NCBI GenBank assembly: GCA_964016885.1
Contig: OZ024758.1
Coordinates: forward strand, 13,640,001 to 13,704,000
Direction of reading: 5' to 3'
DNA length: 64,000 nt
DNA from: Eledone cirrhosa
Taxonomy: Eukaryota
Part shown: in pieces, positions 1 through 62,000 of the stretch
Position numbering within the stretch: position 1 is the stretch's first letter
Layout: the number at the start of each line of letters is the position of its first letter
Made by a program: the position numbers and the translations under genes
Notes under the pieces: model-generated
Told to the model about the DNA's origin: nothing
Database searches by the model: none
The model's input: the letters and a program-made list of their open reading frames with translations, nothing else

Positions 1-319
1 GGTTGATAAAATAAAGTACCAGTAATGCACTGGGGTAGATTTAATCGACTTTCCCCTCCCCTTCAAATTGCTGGCCTTGTGCCCAAAGTAGAAACATATA
101 TTCCTTTGGTTTTGTACCATAACATTTAATACAAACATTTACAATAGTAGAGCTGAAACACTTGCTTAAGGGGGGTTTTCTTCTCTGAAGACCTTCTGCT
201 GTCCATCTCTCCTGTGAGTTTCTTACAGAAAATAATAAAGTTTTTTTTTTATTTGTATTCTTCAAATCCCTCCCATTAAAATATATTTAATTAAAACAAA
301 CCATTATATTTCTTTCCAG

Positions 320-48696
<48,377 letters not shown>

Positions 48697-49136
48697 CATT
48701 TAATGTTTAAACTATACTTTATGATATTACCTCACCTAAATATAATGGAATATATATATAAACGGATCTAACTGTCGAAACGGCTGGGGCTCAGCCATTA
48801 GGGTCCTGACACTTTTCCTATATATATCATCATCATCATCATCATCATTTTACGTCCGCTTTTCCCTGCTTGCAAGGGTGGGACGGACATTGATTCTGGC
48901 TTGATTTCTACAGCTTGATGCCCTTCCTAACACCAACCTCATTTACAGTGAGTGGTGGGTGCTTTTTTGCTGTGGCACCTCCATGACCACTTTGCAGTGG
49001 AATGATAGGGACCCCAATCCCTATCAGTCCCTATCATCTCATTTCTACAGCTGAGTAAACTGGAGCAATGTGAAATAAAGTGTCTTGCTCAAGGAAACAA
49101 CACATCACCCGGTCTGATGTGTTGTTTCCTTGAGCA

Positions 49137-49186
<50 letters not shown>

Positions 49187-49486
49187 GACTAGAAGAATTT
49201 TGGTAAAGTTTATATACATTTTTTCTTCAAACTTGCATTTAAGACTTAGCTCTGTTTAATTGATTATTTGTCTAGTTAATTTTTACGGGCTAAGAAGAAA
49301 GACTAGGTAAATTTCATCTGGCTGTTTATCACAAGGATAGTCTGTATCATTTATCTGTTATTTCTTCGAAGTTACATTTTAAACTTAGCTCCGTTTAAAT
49401 GATTATCTATCTAGTTAATTTCTATGGACTAAGGAGAAGAAAAGTTGGATATATTTTATCTGACTGTTCTTCAAACTTACAATTTT

Positions 49487-49646
49487 ATATACATATATAT
49501 ATATACATATATATATACATATATATATATGCATATATACATATATATATACATATATACATATATATATATACATATATACATATATATATACATATAT
49601 ATATACATATATATATGTACATATATATATACATATATATATGTAC

Positions 49647-49677
<31 letters not shown>

Positions 49678-49840
49678 CATATATATATACATATATATAT
49701 ATACATATACATATATACATATATATATATATATACATATATATATACATATATATATATACATATACATATATACATATATACATATATATATATATAC
49801 ATATATATATACATATATATATATATACATATATATATAC

Positions 49841-49871
<31 letters not shown>

Positions 49872-49914
49872 CATATATATATATACATATATATATATAC
49901 ATATATATATATAC

Positions 49915-49982
<68 letters not shown>
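49487..49982. repeat. (TA)n/(TACA) compound microsatellite, ~500 bp
   Basis: Direct reading. Confidence 0.97.
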
Positions 49983-51354
49983 CGCATTCTTTGAAGTGTT
50001 ATATCTCTTTAAATATAAGAAAACAATAAAAACAATTCTGTTTATTATCACTATGACAACCAGAGCGGTAAGATGTTAAAAACTGAAGGGTTAAGTACTA
50101 AAGAGTTAAATACTAAAGAGTTACTAGTATTCTTTAGTTATCTCGTTGCTCAATATATTAAAGGAATGGCCATATTGTTTAATGTTCAACATTACAAATA
50201 TAAATCAGTTAAGATTCCATATATTATATTAGGTTAACTTTACCTCTCATTCTTACGGGCCGATAAAATAAAGTACCAGTAATGTACTGGTGTAATTGCT
50301 GGCCTTGTGCTAAAAGTAGAAACAATTATGTTAGGTTAACTTTGCCTTTCATCCTTACAGGGTCAATAAAATAAAGTACCAGTAGTGTACTGGAGTAATT
50401 GCTGGCCTTGTGCCATAAAGGGCGGTGGATTGGCAGTATTGGTAGAGGGTCAGACAACATGCTTTGGAGCATAGAGTTATGGCCCTTTATGTTCTGAGTT
50501 TAGATCTTGCCGAGGTTAACTTTGCCTTTCATCCTTACAGGGTCGATAAAATAAAGTACCAGTAATATACTGAGGTAATTGCTGACCTTGTGCTAAAAGA
50601 AGAAACAATTATTAAACTGGTATAATATATTGAAAGGAAACATTATCTCTAGTTTCTCTGGCTTTTATTCATCACATAACACAGAATTACTTGTCTCTTC
50701 TCGGTCTTGTTACTTGGATATTTTCACTGCAGCTGCCTTGTAGTGGCTTTTAAACCTCACAGTTTATATACATATGATATTTGTTATTCTTATTTATATA
50801 TATATATTATATTTGTTATTCTTCATCATCATCATTTCATTTTACGTCCGCTTTTTCCCTGCTTGCAAGGGTGGGACGGGAATTGATGCTGGCTTGATTT
50901 CTACAGCTGGATGCCCTTCCTAACACCAACCTCATTTACAGTGAGTGGTGGGTGCTTTTTTGTCGTGGCACCTCCACGACCACTTTGCAGTGGAATGATA
51001 AGGACCCCAGTCCCTATCATCTCATTTCTACAGCTGAGTAAACTGGAGCAATGGGAAATAAAGTGTCTTGCTCAAGGAAACAACACATCACCCGGTCTGA
51101 GAATTGAACTCACAACCTTTCGATTGCAAGGCCAATGCTCTAACCACTAAGCCATGTGCCTCCATTCTTATTTATATATATATTATATTTGTTATCCTTA
51201 ATTATATATATATTATATTTGTTATCCTTATTTATATATATATTATATTTGTTATTGTTTCTTATGTTATACAATAAAAATATTGAACAAATCTTTGTTG
51301 TATATACCTTTTTATTGTGTATGAGTTTATTTTCATTTTATGTTCCCTCTTCGC

Positions 51355-51426
51355 AGGCTTGTGGCGCAATGGGTAACATGTCTGAATACGGGTCAGAAGA
51401 TTACAGGTTTGACTCTGTCAAGCTCG
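51355..51426 (+). pseudogene. tRNA-Arg(ACG)-derived pseudogene or SINE head
   Basis: Close to eukaryotic tRNA-Arg-ACG (GTGGCGCAATGG...TCTGAnTACGGnTCAGAAGATT...), but with A1-C72 mismatch, D-stem changes and T-loop GTTTGA. Confidence 0.8.
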
Positions 51427-51799
51427 AAATTTTTTTTGTAGTGCACCTGAGCACTGTACACAATAATTTTCATTATTTATTATATAACTTAACATTCTGT
51501 GGATGTTCTAATACATGGCCCAGTGGTAAGGGTGTTGGATTTATGATAATAATGTTGTGGGTTTGATTCCTGGACTGGGTTGTGTGTTGTGCTCTTGAGC
51601 AAAACACTTCATTTCACATTTCTCCAGTATACTCAGTATACTGAAAATGAGTACCAGCAATAGCTAGGGGTTTAACCCTGTGATGAACTGGCGTCCTGTC
51701 CAGGGGGGGAAGTCTTGTACTCTGTCGTTTCATGCTATGAAGCCGGGATAAGCACTGGCTTGACAAGCCTCCTGGGTTGAGAAAAGACTTAACATTCTG

Positions 51800-52560
51800 C
51801 AGTCAATGCTGTAAAATATAACAAATTATTTTATGATACTAAAAGGAAGTTAAAGACCAACTGCATTGCAGTGAGGATTATATCAAATGCTCCTAGAAGT
51901 TTCCACTTTTGGCCTTTAATACTTGGTAATAATATACTAAACATTTATGAGATAAATTTAGTTGCTCACTTGAGACTAATGTTCAAAGTTTATCCCAACT
52001 CTGCACCAAAATGTGTTCAAGAAAAATTTATAAAGAATATTCACATATATTCAATAAAGTATTCTAGGGCAATATTTAAATGTAGTAGTTATGCTATCAT
52101 AAAATTTTATAAATTCAGCTACCCCTTACCCCTATCGTGGACCAATTGTCTGGAATAATTTTGTGCATGTGGGGTTGCCGTGATATAGGGGGGGGGTTAG
52201 AGCTGCCGTGGGAGGGGGATTGCCGGAAATTGGGGGGGACGCCTGACCGGAAGCAGGAGGATGGGGGCGACTCAAGGGATCAGGCCGTGAAAAGCCCTCT
52301 CTTAGCTGTTGGGTTTGCAAGGCAACGGGTGTGTAAAAACAGATGCTAGTGGAAGTACCCCACATGGACGGTGGAACCGGCGATAGAGAGAAGCAAGGTA
52401 CGTCCGAATGCTACTGGCTACAGTGTGCAAAGATGCAACTCATCCAGACTCAAAATATATTTAAAGATATATTAAAAAGATGCTGTTGAGAAATCAACAA
52501 ACCAATTTCTGGTAAAAACCTACCAATTTTAGAGACATTTAAAAAATACTTCAAAATTTG
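51800..52560 (+). mobile_element. Decayed CR1/L2-group LINE ORF2 C-terminal fragment, interrupted by a GC-rich insert
   Basis: VRIISNAP...NILNIYEIN...MFKV..NSAP, then YRGPIVWNN after a frameshift. Confidence 0.55.
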
Positions 52561-53437
52561 TAAATAAAATAAAAAATGATTTTGCATAAAAGTGCTCCTT
52601 TTACAGACTGGTGCTTATCCTGGCCACTGAGAGTACAAGACTTTCCCCTGGACAGGACACCAGCCCATCTGAGGGTTAAAGTCTGTCTCAAGTCTAGAGT
52701 CTCATCGGGCTGGTGCTTATCCTACTTTCTGTGATGTGAAGCAACTGAGAGTACAAGACTTTCCCCTGGACAGGACACCAGCCCATCTGAGGGTTAAAGT
52801 CTGTCTCAAGTCTAGAGTCTCATCGGGCTGGTGCTTACCCTACTTTCTGTGATGTGAAGCAACTAAGAGTACAAGACTTACCCTCTGGTGTCCTGTCCAG
52901 GGTGTGAGTCTTGTACCCTCAGTTGCTTCACAGCCTGGAACTAGCTGTTGAAACAGCAAGAGCTCAGCCGTCGGGCCCCCGACTCTTTCTGATATAATCG
53001 CACTCTACTATACCAAGTATTGAGTACTTCGTTGAATAATGTTCTAACTAGTTTAATACTGGTTTAATCTTTATATATATATATATATTTATTAATTTAT
53101 TTATGTATTACGTGGCTAAATAGCCATAATAAATTAATATTGTAACTCTACTTCGGTGTTGAGTACTCTTTTCTGTGTAGTTGACGGACGTGAGAAAAGA
53201 GTACTCAACACCGAAGTAGAGTTTAAATATTAATTTATTATGGCTATTTAGCCACGTAATAAATAAATAAATAAATAAATAAATATATATATATATATGT
53301 ATATATGCAAAATTTCTATTTAAAGTTGTTGGGATACAACAAGTAAATATTTTTATAACTGATATAAAGCACTCGACAAATTTTTGGAGTAGATATACGA
53401 TATTAATAAATGGAAACTATATTTATAAAACCATATC

Positions 53438-53502
53438 TATTTCATTATACATATTTCAGGGATACCACATTAAATTATGGTATGCCTTCATCAGACAAAA
53501 TA
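53438..53502 (-). ncRNA. Type I hammerhead motif, same family as 11516-11580
   Basis: The reverse complement shows an intact CUGAUGA/GAAA/UA core and stems I-III. Confidence 0.65.
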
Positions 53503-54413
53503 CAATATATAACAGTTTTACAAATAGGTTTGACGTACCCTTTTAAAATACAACCTTTAAGACAGCCTCCAAAAGTAATGGTTGTATTTTAAAAGGGTAC
53601 GTCAAACCTATTTGTAAAACTGTTATATATTGTATTTTGTCTGATGAAGGCATACCATAATTTAATGTGGTATCCCTGAAATATATATGGTTTTATAAAT
53701 ATAGTTTCCATTTATTAATATCGTATATATATATGTATATGATAATAATAATAATATTAATTATGAAAAATAAAAAAGATATAAAATTAAATTGAAAGAA
53801 AGAAAGAAGAAATACAAGAGAAAAACAGGGAGAGAAAAGAAAAGAAAAGAGGAAAAAAGAAATAAGATAAGCTGACAGGAAAGAAGGAAGAAGTAAGAGA
53901 AATTGTTTAGTTTCAAGGTGTGTTCTTAGCAACAGAAGCATAGTCTAACGACAATAGATACAATTTACGGCATATCGATATGTTGACAACGTGGATAAGA
54001 TTCTATCTCACCAGGCTTCCTTGTTAATATTCTGACACGACTCGCTTTATATATATTGTATATAGAGTATAGATATATATACTATATATATATAGTGTAG
54101 AGATATATAGATAGACATTTTTACAATCCAGCACTGGTAGTTCCGTCTCGCTTTTTGTATAATATCTAGTTATATATATATATTTATTTGGGGTGGGTCA
54201 TGTTGTTTTAATATTGCCAGTAATATATATGATTTCATATCAAAAACCTTGCAAAACAAGTTCATCTCCGTCACAACTCTAGCGTATATATATTTTATAT
54301 AGTAGATATATATATAATTATATTGCTATATATCTATATTATATAGTAGATATATATATAATTATATTGCTAATTATAAACGGTACTGTTAGACCATATA
54401 ACGTTTTACAAAC

Positions 54414-54453
54414 ATGATCAAAGCTGTTATACTTATAGGAGGACCTATGAAAG
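54414..54453 (+). CDS. GMPPA: GMPPA exon 1 ([13 protein letters not shown])
   Basis: aaacATG start; |gtaagc donor. Confidence 0.9.
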
Positions 54454-54825
54454 GTAAGCTATTTAAATATATATATATATATATGAGTTCGGATCTTGCT
54501 GTCGAAACGGCCGGAGCTCAGCCGTCGGGGTCCTGACTCTTTTCCTGTTACCCACTCTATTATCCTAAGTATCGAGTACTCCGGTGCGTTATGGTCCACC
54601 TCGTTTCTTTGTTTTATATATATATATATATATATATTGGAAAAGAGTCAGGACCCCGACGGCTGAGGTCTGGCCGTTTCGACAGCTAGTTCTGATCTAG
54701 CTGTCGAAACAGCCGGAGCTCAGCCGTCGGGATCCCGACTCTTTTGCTATTACCCACTCTACTACCCATAGTATCGAGTACTCTGGTGCATTATGGTCCA
54801 CCTGGTTCCTTACCACAGTTCCTTC

Positions 54826-54873
<48 letters not shown>

Positions 54874-54885
54874 GAAGGAACTGTG

Positions 54886-54931
<46 letters not shown>

Positions 54932-57900
54932 TACTTTATAACACGTACATGTTTCTATAACTTGAAGTAGTTACGTATACAGGTTGTAACAAGACTACAT
55001 ATGCTTAGAAATATCTTTGTAGTTATATTATTAGAATTCTTTCGTCCAAAACTTGGATTACTAAACTAAATATTTATTAATATTTTTTTAAATTTCGTAA
55101 TTTCGTTTATATTTATAAATAACAAGAATTAATTAGTAAGATAGTACAAAACCCAACACACACACCTCAACCTGTTAGTTCTTTCGTTACTTTGGTATAT
55201 TGTGTGTTAGATTTTGCCTACCACAATGTTCAATTTGTCAAGCTATTTAAACGTATGTTATTACTCTAAGGACCTATCTTTCGAGTGTTTTGCTAACTCA
55301 TTTCATATAGTAGGCCGAAATTGCTTGCAAACCGCCAGAGATTCGATTTTACTAAGTATCCAATTATATATATATATACACGCACTCTGTTTTCGTCCCG
55401 TACTGTCATAATGTTTTTCTTAATGTAAACCCTTTCTGGTTAATAAAGAAATTATTATAATTTAAAATGTTTATTGTCTAAATCTGTTATAAATTCTATT
55501 TTACACAAAAAAAACCTCCCAGACTGTATCGTCCCGTACCGTCTTTAATGTCTCCTTAATGTGAGCCCTGTGTGGCTAATAAAGACATCATCATCATTAT
55601 TATTAGATAAAATAAAGTACCAGTAATGCAGTGATGACTGGTGTCCTTGTGACAAAAGTAGAAATAATAATAATAATTATTATGTTTCACATAAAAATAA
55701 AACCCACGGGACCTTATAAATATAATATACACAAATATATCTAATTAGACTGAAGGAATAAGCCCCATTAATTCAACAGTCTGTAGGTCACACACCACAA
55801 GGAGTATCGGAATCTCTCTCTAATATTTAATTATAAAATACTTATTTATATATACATGGACACACTGGAAGAGGAAGACCAAGGTTAACATGTTTAAGCC
55901 CTAAGGACAGACACTGTCTGTTGGGGACGCAGGACATGGCAGCGATAATGAGGGACAGAGACCGCTAGAGAGAACTCGTCCATGGATCTCGGGAATTTTA
56001 CCCGCCCTATATATATATATATATAAATAAAATGGATACAGTTTGTTTAACTGGTTGTATATATTGTTGTAAATTTATTTAATAATTTGAGAAAAATACG
56101 GAATGTTTTAAATATATAACATTCCCTTCGTAATATAAATGTTCACATTGACACACCCTTTCGGTGTACATTTCATTACACCCTTCCTTCGTCTCAACGA
56201 ACTATTTGGAAATATTTCTTGTATTTCTTTTAGAAAATCTAGCTTTTTCCGAAAAAAAATCTCCTCAAAACAACTTATATTTTAATGTTGTTGTAGTTGT
56301 TGTTTATTTAGCCACGGGTCAGTTCTAGTTGAGAAAACCCACGGTCAATCTGTAGCTTTTTCTTTCATCCTTACGAGGTCGGTAAAATAAAGTACCTGTA
56401 ACACACACTGGGGTCGATTTAATCGACTTGCCCTCCACTCACCACCTCCACAAAAATATTGTTGGCACTGTGTCTTCGTAGAAACGGTAGAGCGTCGGAC
56501 AACATGATTAGCGACATAGAGTTATGGCCCTTTACACCCTGAGTTCAAATCACGCTTTACGTCCTCGATAAAATAAAGTACCAGTAATGCATTGGGGTCA
56601 ATTTAATCGACTTTTCCTTCACCCAAAATTGTTGACCCTGTGCCAAAAGTAGAAATCATTATTTACGGCCCTTGCCATTCTGAGTTCAAATCCCGCCGAG
56701 GTTAACTTTGCCGTTCATCCTTACGGGGTCGATAAAATAAAGTACCAGTAATACACTGGATAATTGCTGGCCTTGTGGCAAAAGTAGAAACAATTATTTC
56801 TATAAATTATTATGATACATTTTAAATTGAATTTTTTTTTTTTTAAAGATGATTTTTGTTGTTTTTATTAGGTACTCGGTTCCGACCGTTATCCTTGGAT
56901 CTTCCGAAACCTTTATTTCCTGTAGCAGGATTTCCAATGATATACCACCACATTGCTGCCTGTACCAAAGTTAGTGTATTGTTTTTTATTGAATATTAAA
57001 CATGTCCTATGTATTTCACAATTTCACAAATGGCAGAACAGATTTTACTGGCAGGAGACCCAGGAGCAGACCCCGAGCAAGATGGTTGGATAGCATCCAT
57101 GAACTTGGTGCTTAAGAATCCAGCCGGAGAAGTTGGAGATGGTTGCTTCTGACATGGATGTTATCCAACCATCTTGCTTGAGGTTTATCCTTGGGTCTCC
57201 TGCCGGTTGGTTTTGCCCGTAAAATCTGTCCAGTGATTCTTTCCTGAGACATAAATTTTAGTTTTTAATTAATTATTTTGTTTAGTTTGGTTAACTTGTC
57301 CTGGTTTTTTGATATACCACATCCCCGTTTGTCATATGAGGCAAACTAAGGATTGACATCATGAAGGGCACATGGAGGCACATGACTTAGTGGTTAGAGC
57401 ATTGGCCTTGCAATCGAAGGGTTGTGAGTTCAATTCTCAGACCGGGTGATGTGTTGTTTCCTTGAGCAAGACACTTTATTTCACATTGTTCCAGTTTACT
57501 CAGCTGTAGAAATGAGATGATAGGGACTGGGGTCCATATCATTCCACTGCAAAGTGGTCGTGGAGGTGCCACGGCAAAAAAAGCACCCAGCACTCACTGT
57601 AAATGAGGTTGGTGTTAGGAAGGGCATCCAGCTGTAGAAATCAAGCCAAAATCAGTTCCCGTCCCACCCTTGTAAGCAGGGAAAAGTGGACGTAAAATGA
57701 AATGAAGGGCATCCAACACTGCCTCAAAAAGTCCCATCTAATCCATGCCAGTATAGAAAAGGCAAACATAAAATCAATGATGATGATTATTTTTCATATT
57801 TTGTGTTATTCCTATATTTTTTTTTCATCTCATTTCTTTAGGTGCCAAACTTGCAAGAAATTCTTCTTATTGGGTTCTACCGACATAGTGAACCTCTCAA

Positions 57901-60733
57901 AAAGTTTATCACAGAATGCCAACATGAATTTAAAATACAGATCCGGTATATCTAAAATTTTTTCCTAATGTTCCATCATCATTTTCTTCCCTTTTTTTCT
58001 ACACTGTCCCTTCACTCTCTTGATACAAACCTTCTTCTTCTTCACCCACTTATTCCTGAGAGGGTCGTAGGAGCAGAGTCCTCAAAGCACTCTTAGCAGG
58101 TCCACTCAGAAGCAATCGTCGCCAACTGATCTGGCTGGATCCCCAAGCATAACTAGCCAAGCTCATGGATGTTATCCAACCATCTTACTCAAGATCTACC
58201 CCTGGTTTTGCTTGTAAAATCTGTCCAGCAATTCTTTCCTGAGACATTCTAACCACATGCCCATAATATCGGAGCTGTGATCTCTTAAATCTGTCCAGTG
58301 ATTCTTTCCTCAGACATTCTAACCACATGCCCATAATATTGGAACTGTGATCTCTCAATTCGGAGAAGTAGCGGCTCTACCTGGAGTAATTTACTGACCT
58401 CCGAGCTACACATTCTTTCCTGAGACATTCTAACCACATGTCTGTCTTGATACCAACCTGTCCCCCCATGATTCAAAAACACCTTATTCTAAAGTATTCA
58501 TGTTAAAATGAAAACCTTCTATCATTATTTTACATTAAAACTCTTTATTATGATCCTAATGCCATCTCAGTAATGGCAGTTATATTTTAAGTCTCCTGAC
58601 CCTTTTGTTTGGCAGGTATTCTACTGCTTGTACCATGATGAAATGTACTCGATTAAGTGAGGAAATCTATGCATTGCTCCAGTATACTCAACTGAGAGTG
58701 AGCACCAGCAGTATCTGGGGAGTTAATCCTGCGATAGACTAGTGTCCTATCCAAGGAGAGTCTTGTACTATCAGTTACTAGAGGCCAAGGAAACTGGGGA
58801 TAAGCACTGACCTAATGAGACTTCGGCTTAGAACAGATTTTTAATATTGTGAGCTTGTTGTACTAGAATCTTCCATTTCTTATTTCTCTTCAGGTATCTC
58901 CTAGAATATACTGCTCTGGGAACTGCTGGGGGCTTGTTTCTATTCCGAGACCAAATTCTCATCGATAATCCAAAAGCTTTCTTTGTGATGAATGCTGATG
59001 TTTGTGGAGATTTCCCTCTCTTAGAAATGTTGAACTCTCATAAACAGAACCCTGCTGGATCATATGGAACTATTCTAGGTACCGAAGTGAGTTACTGTGA
59101 TTTCTTTCTTAATCATCACCTTTTCCACATCATCATCATTATTATTTAACATCCATTTTTCCACGCTAGTATGGGTTTGACGAGTTGTCCAGATGTGAGC
59201 CAAACCAGAACAGATGTCCGTGTCCTGCTCACACAATTTCCTCTTAATTCTCACCTTTTCCACAATTACTTCTTAATCATCCCCTGGAGGCTCATCAGAC
59301 CGGTGTTTATTCCAGTTTCCATGGCATGAAGTGACTGAGAGTAGAAGACTTCCCCCTGGACAGGACACCAGTCCATTGCAGGGTTAAACCCCCAGCTATT
59401 GTTGGTACTCGTTTTCAGTTGAGTATACTGGAGCCATGTGAAATGAAGTGTTTTGCTCAAGAACACAACACACAACCAAGTCCAGGAAACGAACTCACAA
59501 CATTATGATCGTAAGTTCAACACTCTTACCGTTAGGCCAGGCATGTAAAACTGAGGGTTCCCCGAGGCGCACATGGGTCACATATGTTTTGTCTGAGGGC
59601 CACACACGACAACTAATTGCGTACTACATTACAACTAATTAAAAAAAATTTATATTACGAAGATAAAACATGCTCGCGCTTTAAAAACCTTTGTGTGGGC
59701 CACAGGTGTGCTTGTAAAGGGCCACATATTCCACATATTTGACATGCCTGCACTAGGCCACACCTCCATGTATTACATGATATGTCAGCATTTTTTTTAG
59801 ACTTGCAGTCTTTTGTATTTATTTATTGAGATTTATGTTTGATATATTTTGTCACTTCATAAATGTTTGTTTTCATTTGTTGTTAATCTTTCCAATTTCT
59901 AGGCTACACGACAGCAATCTTTAAGGTTTGGCTGTATGGTAGAAGGGAAAACAACACATGAGGTTTGTAGCTTCTATTTAACTTTTCATTACCAGATTCC
60001 TAATGACACACACTACCTGATCAAATATTTGGAAGATTTTAATAGAATAACTAATTTTTTTTTTTTTTTCAACCCTTTCATGACCACATTTCTAATGAAA
60101 TACACTCTATTTTAATTAATTAATGAAGAATTCTGAGGGATTTACTAAAATTATTAATTATTTCATTAGTAAAAGAGTAGGAGACCCAGGGGTAGACCCT
60201 GAGCAAGATGGTTAGATAACATCCACGAGCTTTGCTGGTCATGCTTGGGGATCCAGTCGCATCAGTTGGAGACGGTTGCTTCTGACAGGACCTGGTGGAG
60301 GCAGTGCTTGAGGACTCTGCCCCCCCCCCCCCCCCCCCCCCCCCAAACCCTCTCGGGTATAAGTGGGCAAAGAAGAAGTAAAATAGTAACTTGATGTAAG
60401 GCTCTTATATAAAATTATGTTGGAAGATTTTAATTTGAAATAAGAACCCTTTAAAATGGGAGGTTTTATTTCATGTTTTTTGTTCCTGTTAATAGTTTTT
60501 GTTTTTGTATAAACAGCTTTGTAAAATAAAATAATATAAAAGGAAAAAATTCTTATGGAACAAATAAATAACTGTTTTCCCACCTTTTTCTTTTAATTGT
60601 AGGTGTTACATTATGTTGAAAAGCCAGAGACATTCGTTAGTAATATTATAAACTGTGGTATTTACCTGTTTAATCCAGAAATATTCCAATCAATAGAAAT
60701 TGCCTTTAAGAAGAACGCTAAAGAAAGTTATAA
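54414..60733 (+). CDS. GMPPA: Mannose-1-phosphate guanyltransferase alpha (GMPPA); first 6 coding exons, 3'-partial
   Basis: Spliced translation [33 protein letters not shown]...[14 protein letters not shown]...[10 protein letters not shown]...[23 protein letters not shown]. The [13 protein letters not shown] motif is the alpha type, unlike GGYGTRLRPLT in GMPPB. Confidence 0.93.
56872..56969 (+). CDS. GMPPA: GMPPA exon 2 ([20 protein letters not shown])
   Basis: ttag| and |gttagt. Confidence 0.92.
57374..57705 (+). mobile_element. tRNA-derived SINE family B/C (~330 bp, CORE-like TCCTTGAGCAAGACACTT, GGAAGGGCATCCAGC, (GAT)n tail); copies at 5230-5542, 15690-15958, 32363-32695, 48828-49112(-), 50823-51160(-); head-sharing relatives at 2916-3165, 11822-12030, 46376-46595
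   Basis: A/B-box-like head; near-identical copies suggest recent activity. Confidence 0.75.
57842..57945 (+). CDS. GMPPA: GMPPA exon 3 ([13 protein letters not shown])
   Basis: ttag| and |gtatat. Confidence 0.9.
58894..59086 (+). CDS. GMPPA: GMPPA exon 4 ([13 protein letters not shown]...NADVC)
   Basis: tcag| and |gtgagt. Confidence 0.92.
59538..59750. mobile_element. hAT-type MITE nested in a SINE head
   Basis: TIRs CAGGCATGT / ACATGCCTG; imperfect 8-bp TSD CGTTAGGC / CACTAGGC. Confidence 0.7.
59903..59962 (+). CDS. GMPPA: GMPPA exon 5 ([20 protein letters not shown])
   Basis: ctag| and |gtttgt. Confidence 0.88.
60603..60733 (+). CDS. GMPPA: GMPPA exon 6 (VLHYVEKP...)
   Basis: gtag| and |gtatgt. 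Confidence 0.88.
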
Positions 60734-61556
60734 GTATGTATTTCTTCTAGGTTGTGACTCTTTTACCTTTTTTACGTGTTCCAGCTGACTGGCTGAGGCC
60801 AAGCTGGGGCATCACCTCTGTTCCAGCCGGCTGGCTGAGGCCAAGCTGGGGCGTCACCTCTGTTCCAGCCGACTGGCTGAGGCTAAGCTGAGACATCACC
60901 TACTATATTGCCTGTTCCAGCCGGCTGGCTGAGGCCAAGCTGGGGCACTGCCATTAGTGATGTCGGAAAATTATGAATTTTTTTTTCTGTTTTGTTTATT
61001 TTGGAACTTGCTGGTTTTTTTAAAAATGGTTTTTATTTCTTTAATTTTTCAATTTTAGCATGGGTTGAATGGGTTTGTAAATTTTTGCATTTGCATGACA
61101 ACCATTATTTATGTGTGAGGTGTGATTGCTTACTTATATTTTTCAACATTTACAAACATTTTCAAGTCAGTGTTCCACAAGGATTATAACTTTAATCGCA
61201 AGTTTTAAAAAAATAATAATTTTAATTCAATACCGTATATACTCAAATATAAGCTGAGAATTTTGTGACCCCCCAAAAAATCAATGGTAAAAAAGAGGGT
61301 CAGCTTATATTCGCCATCTAAATATAATATGTTTATTAGCTACCTCTGATTATAAACGAGGTTTGTATACAATATACAATAGGAATCTACCCTTAGTGAA
61401 ATAGGCTTGTGAAGTGTTCTTGTTTTAGATTACTTTACTGGTGTTCTTGTAGAAGATAATCTTGTTTTAAAAGGCAGTGATCGAACGCGTCTAGCTGAAA
61501 AGGAAAAAATTGTTTTGCTTATAGATTGTGTATGTGTGTGTGTGCATGAGTATTTG

Positions 61557-61591
<35 letters not shown>

Positions 61592-61862
61592 AAGTTTTAT
61601 TTAAATTGTTGGGTTACAACGAGTAAATATTTATAACTGATATAAAAGCACTCAAGTATTTGGAGTATATTTACGATATTAAATAAATGGAAACTATATT
61701 TATAAAACCATATTTATTTCACTATATATATTTCAGGGATATCGTATTAAAAATATGGTATGCCTTCATCAGACAAAATACAAAATACAAAATCAACTTT
61801 TTAAATGGAAGTTGAAGTGTAAGGTATGTCAAATCTATCTATTTATAAGACTGTTTATATTG

Positions 61863-61928
61863 TATTTTGTCTGATGAAGGCATACCATATTTTTAATATG
61901 ATATCCCTGAAATATATATAGTGAAATA
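61863..61928 (+). ncRNA. Type I hammerhead motif, same family; antisense twin at 61715-61780
   Basis: CUGAUGA, long stem II, GAAA-UAUAUA-UA; G-U-rich stem I. Confidence 0.55.
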
Positions 61929-61969
61929 AATATGGTTTTATAAATATAGTTTCCATTTATTTAATATCG

Positions 61970-62000
<31 letters not shown>

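Noticed and set aside
49399-50079. Long Ile/Tyr-rich ORFs (also 11484-11861 and 20506-20906)
   Set aside because: They are translations of (TA)n microsatellites, open in many frames on both strands.
51355-51426. Functional tRNA-Arg gene
   Set aside because: Acceptor-stem, D-stem, anticodon-loop and T-loop changes indicate a pseudogene.
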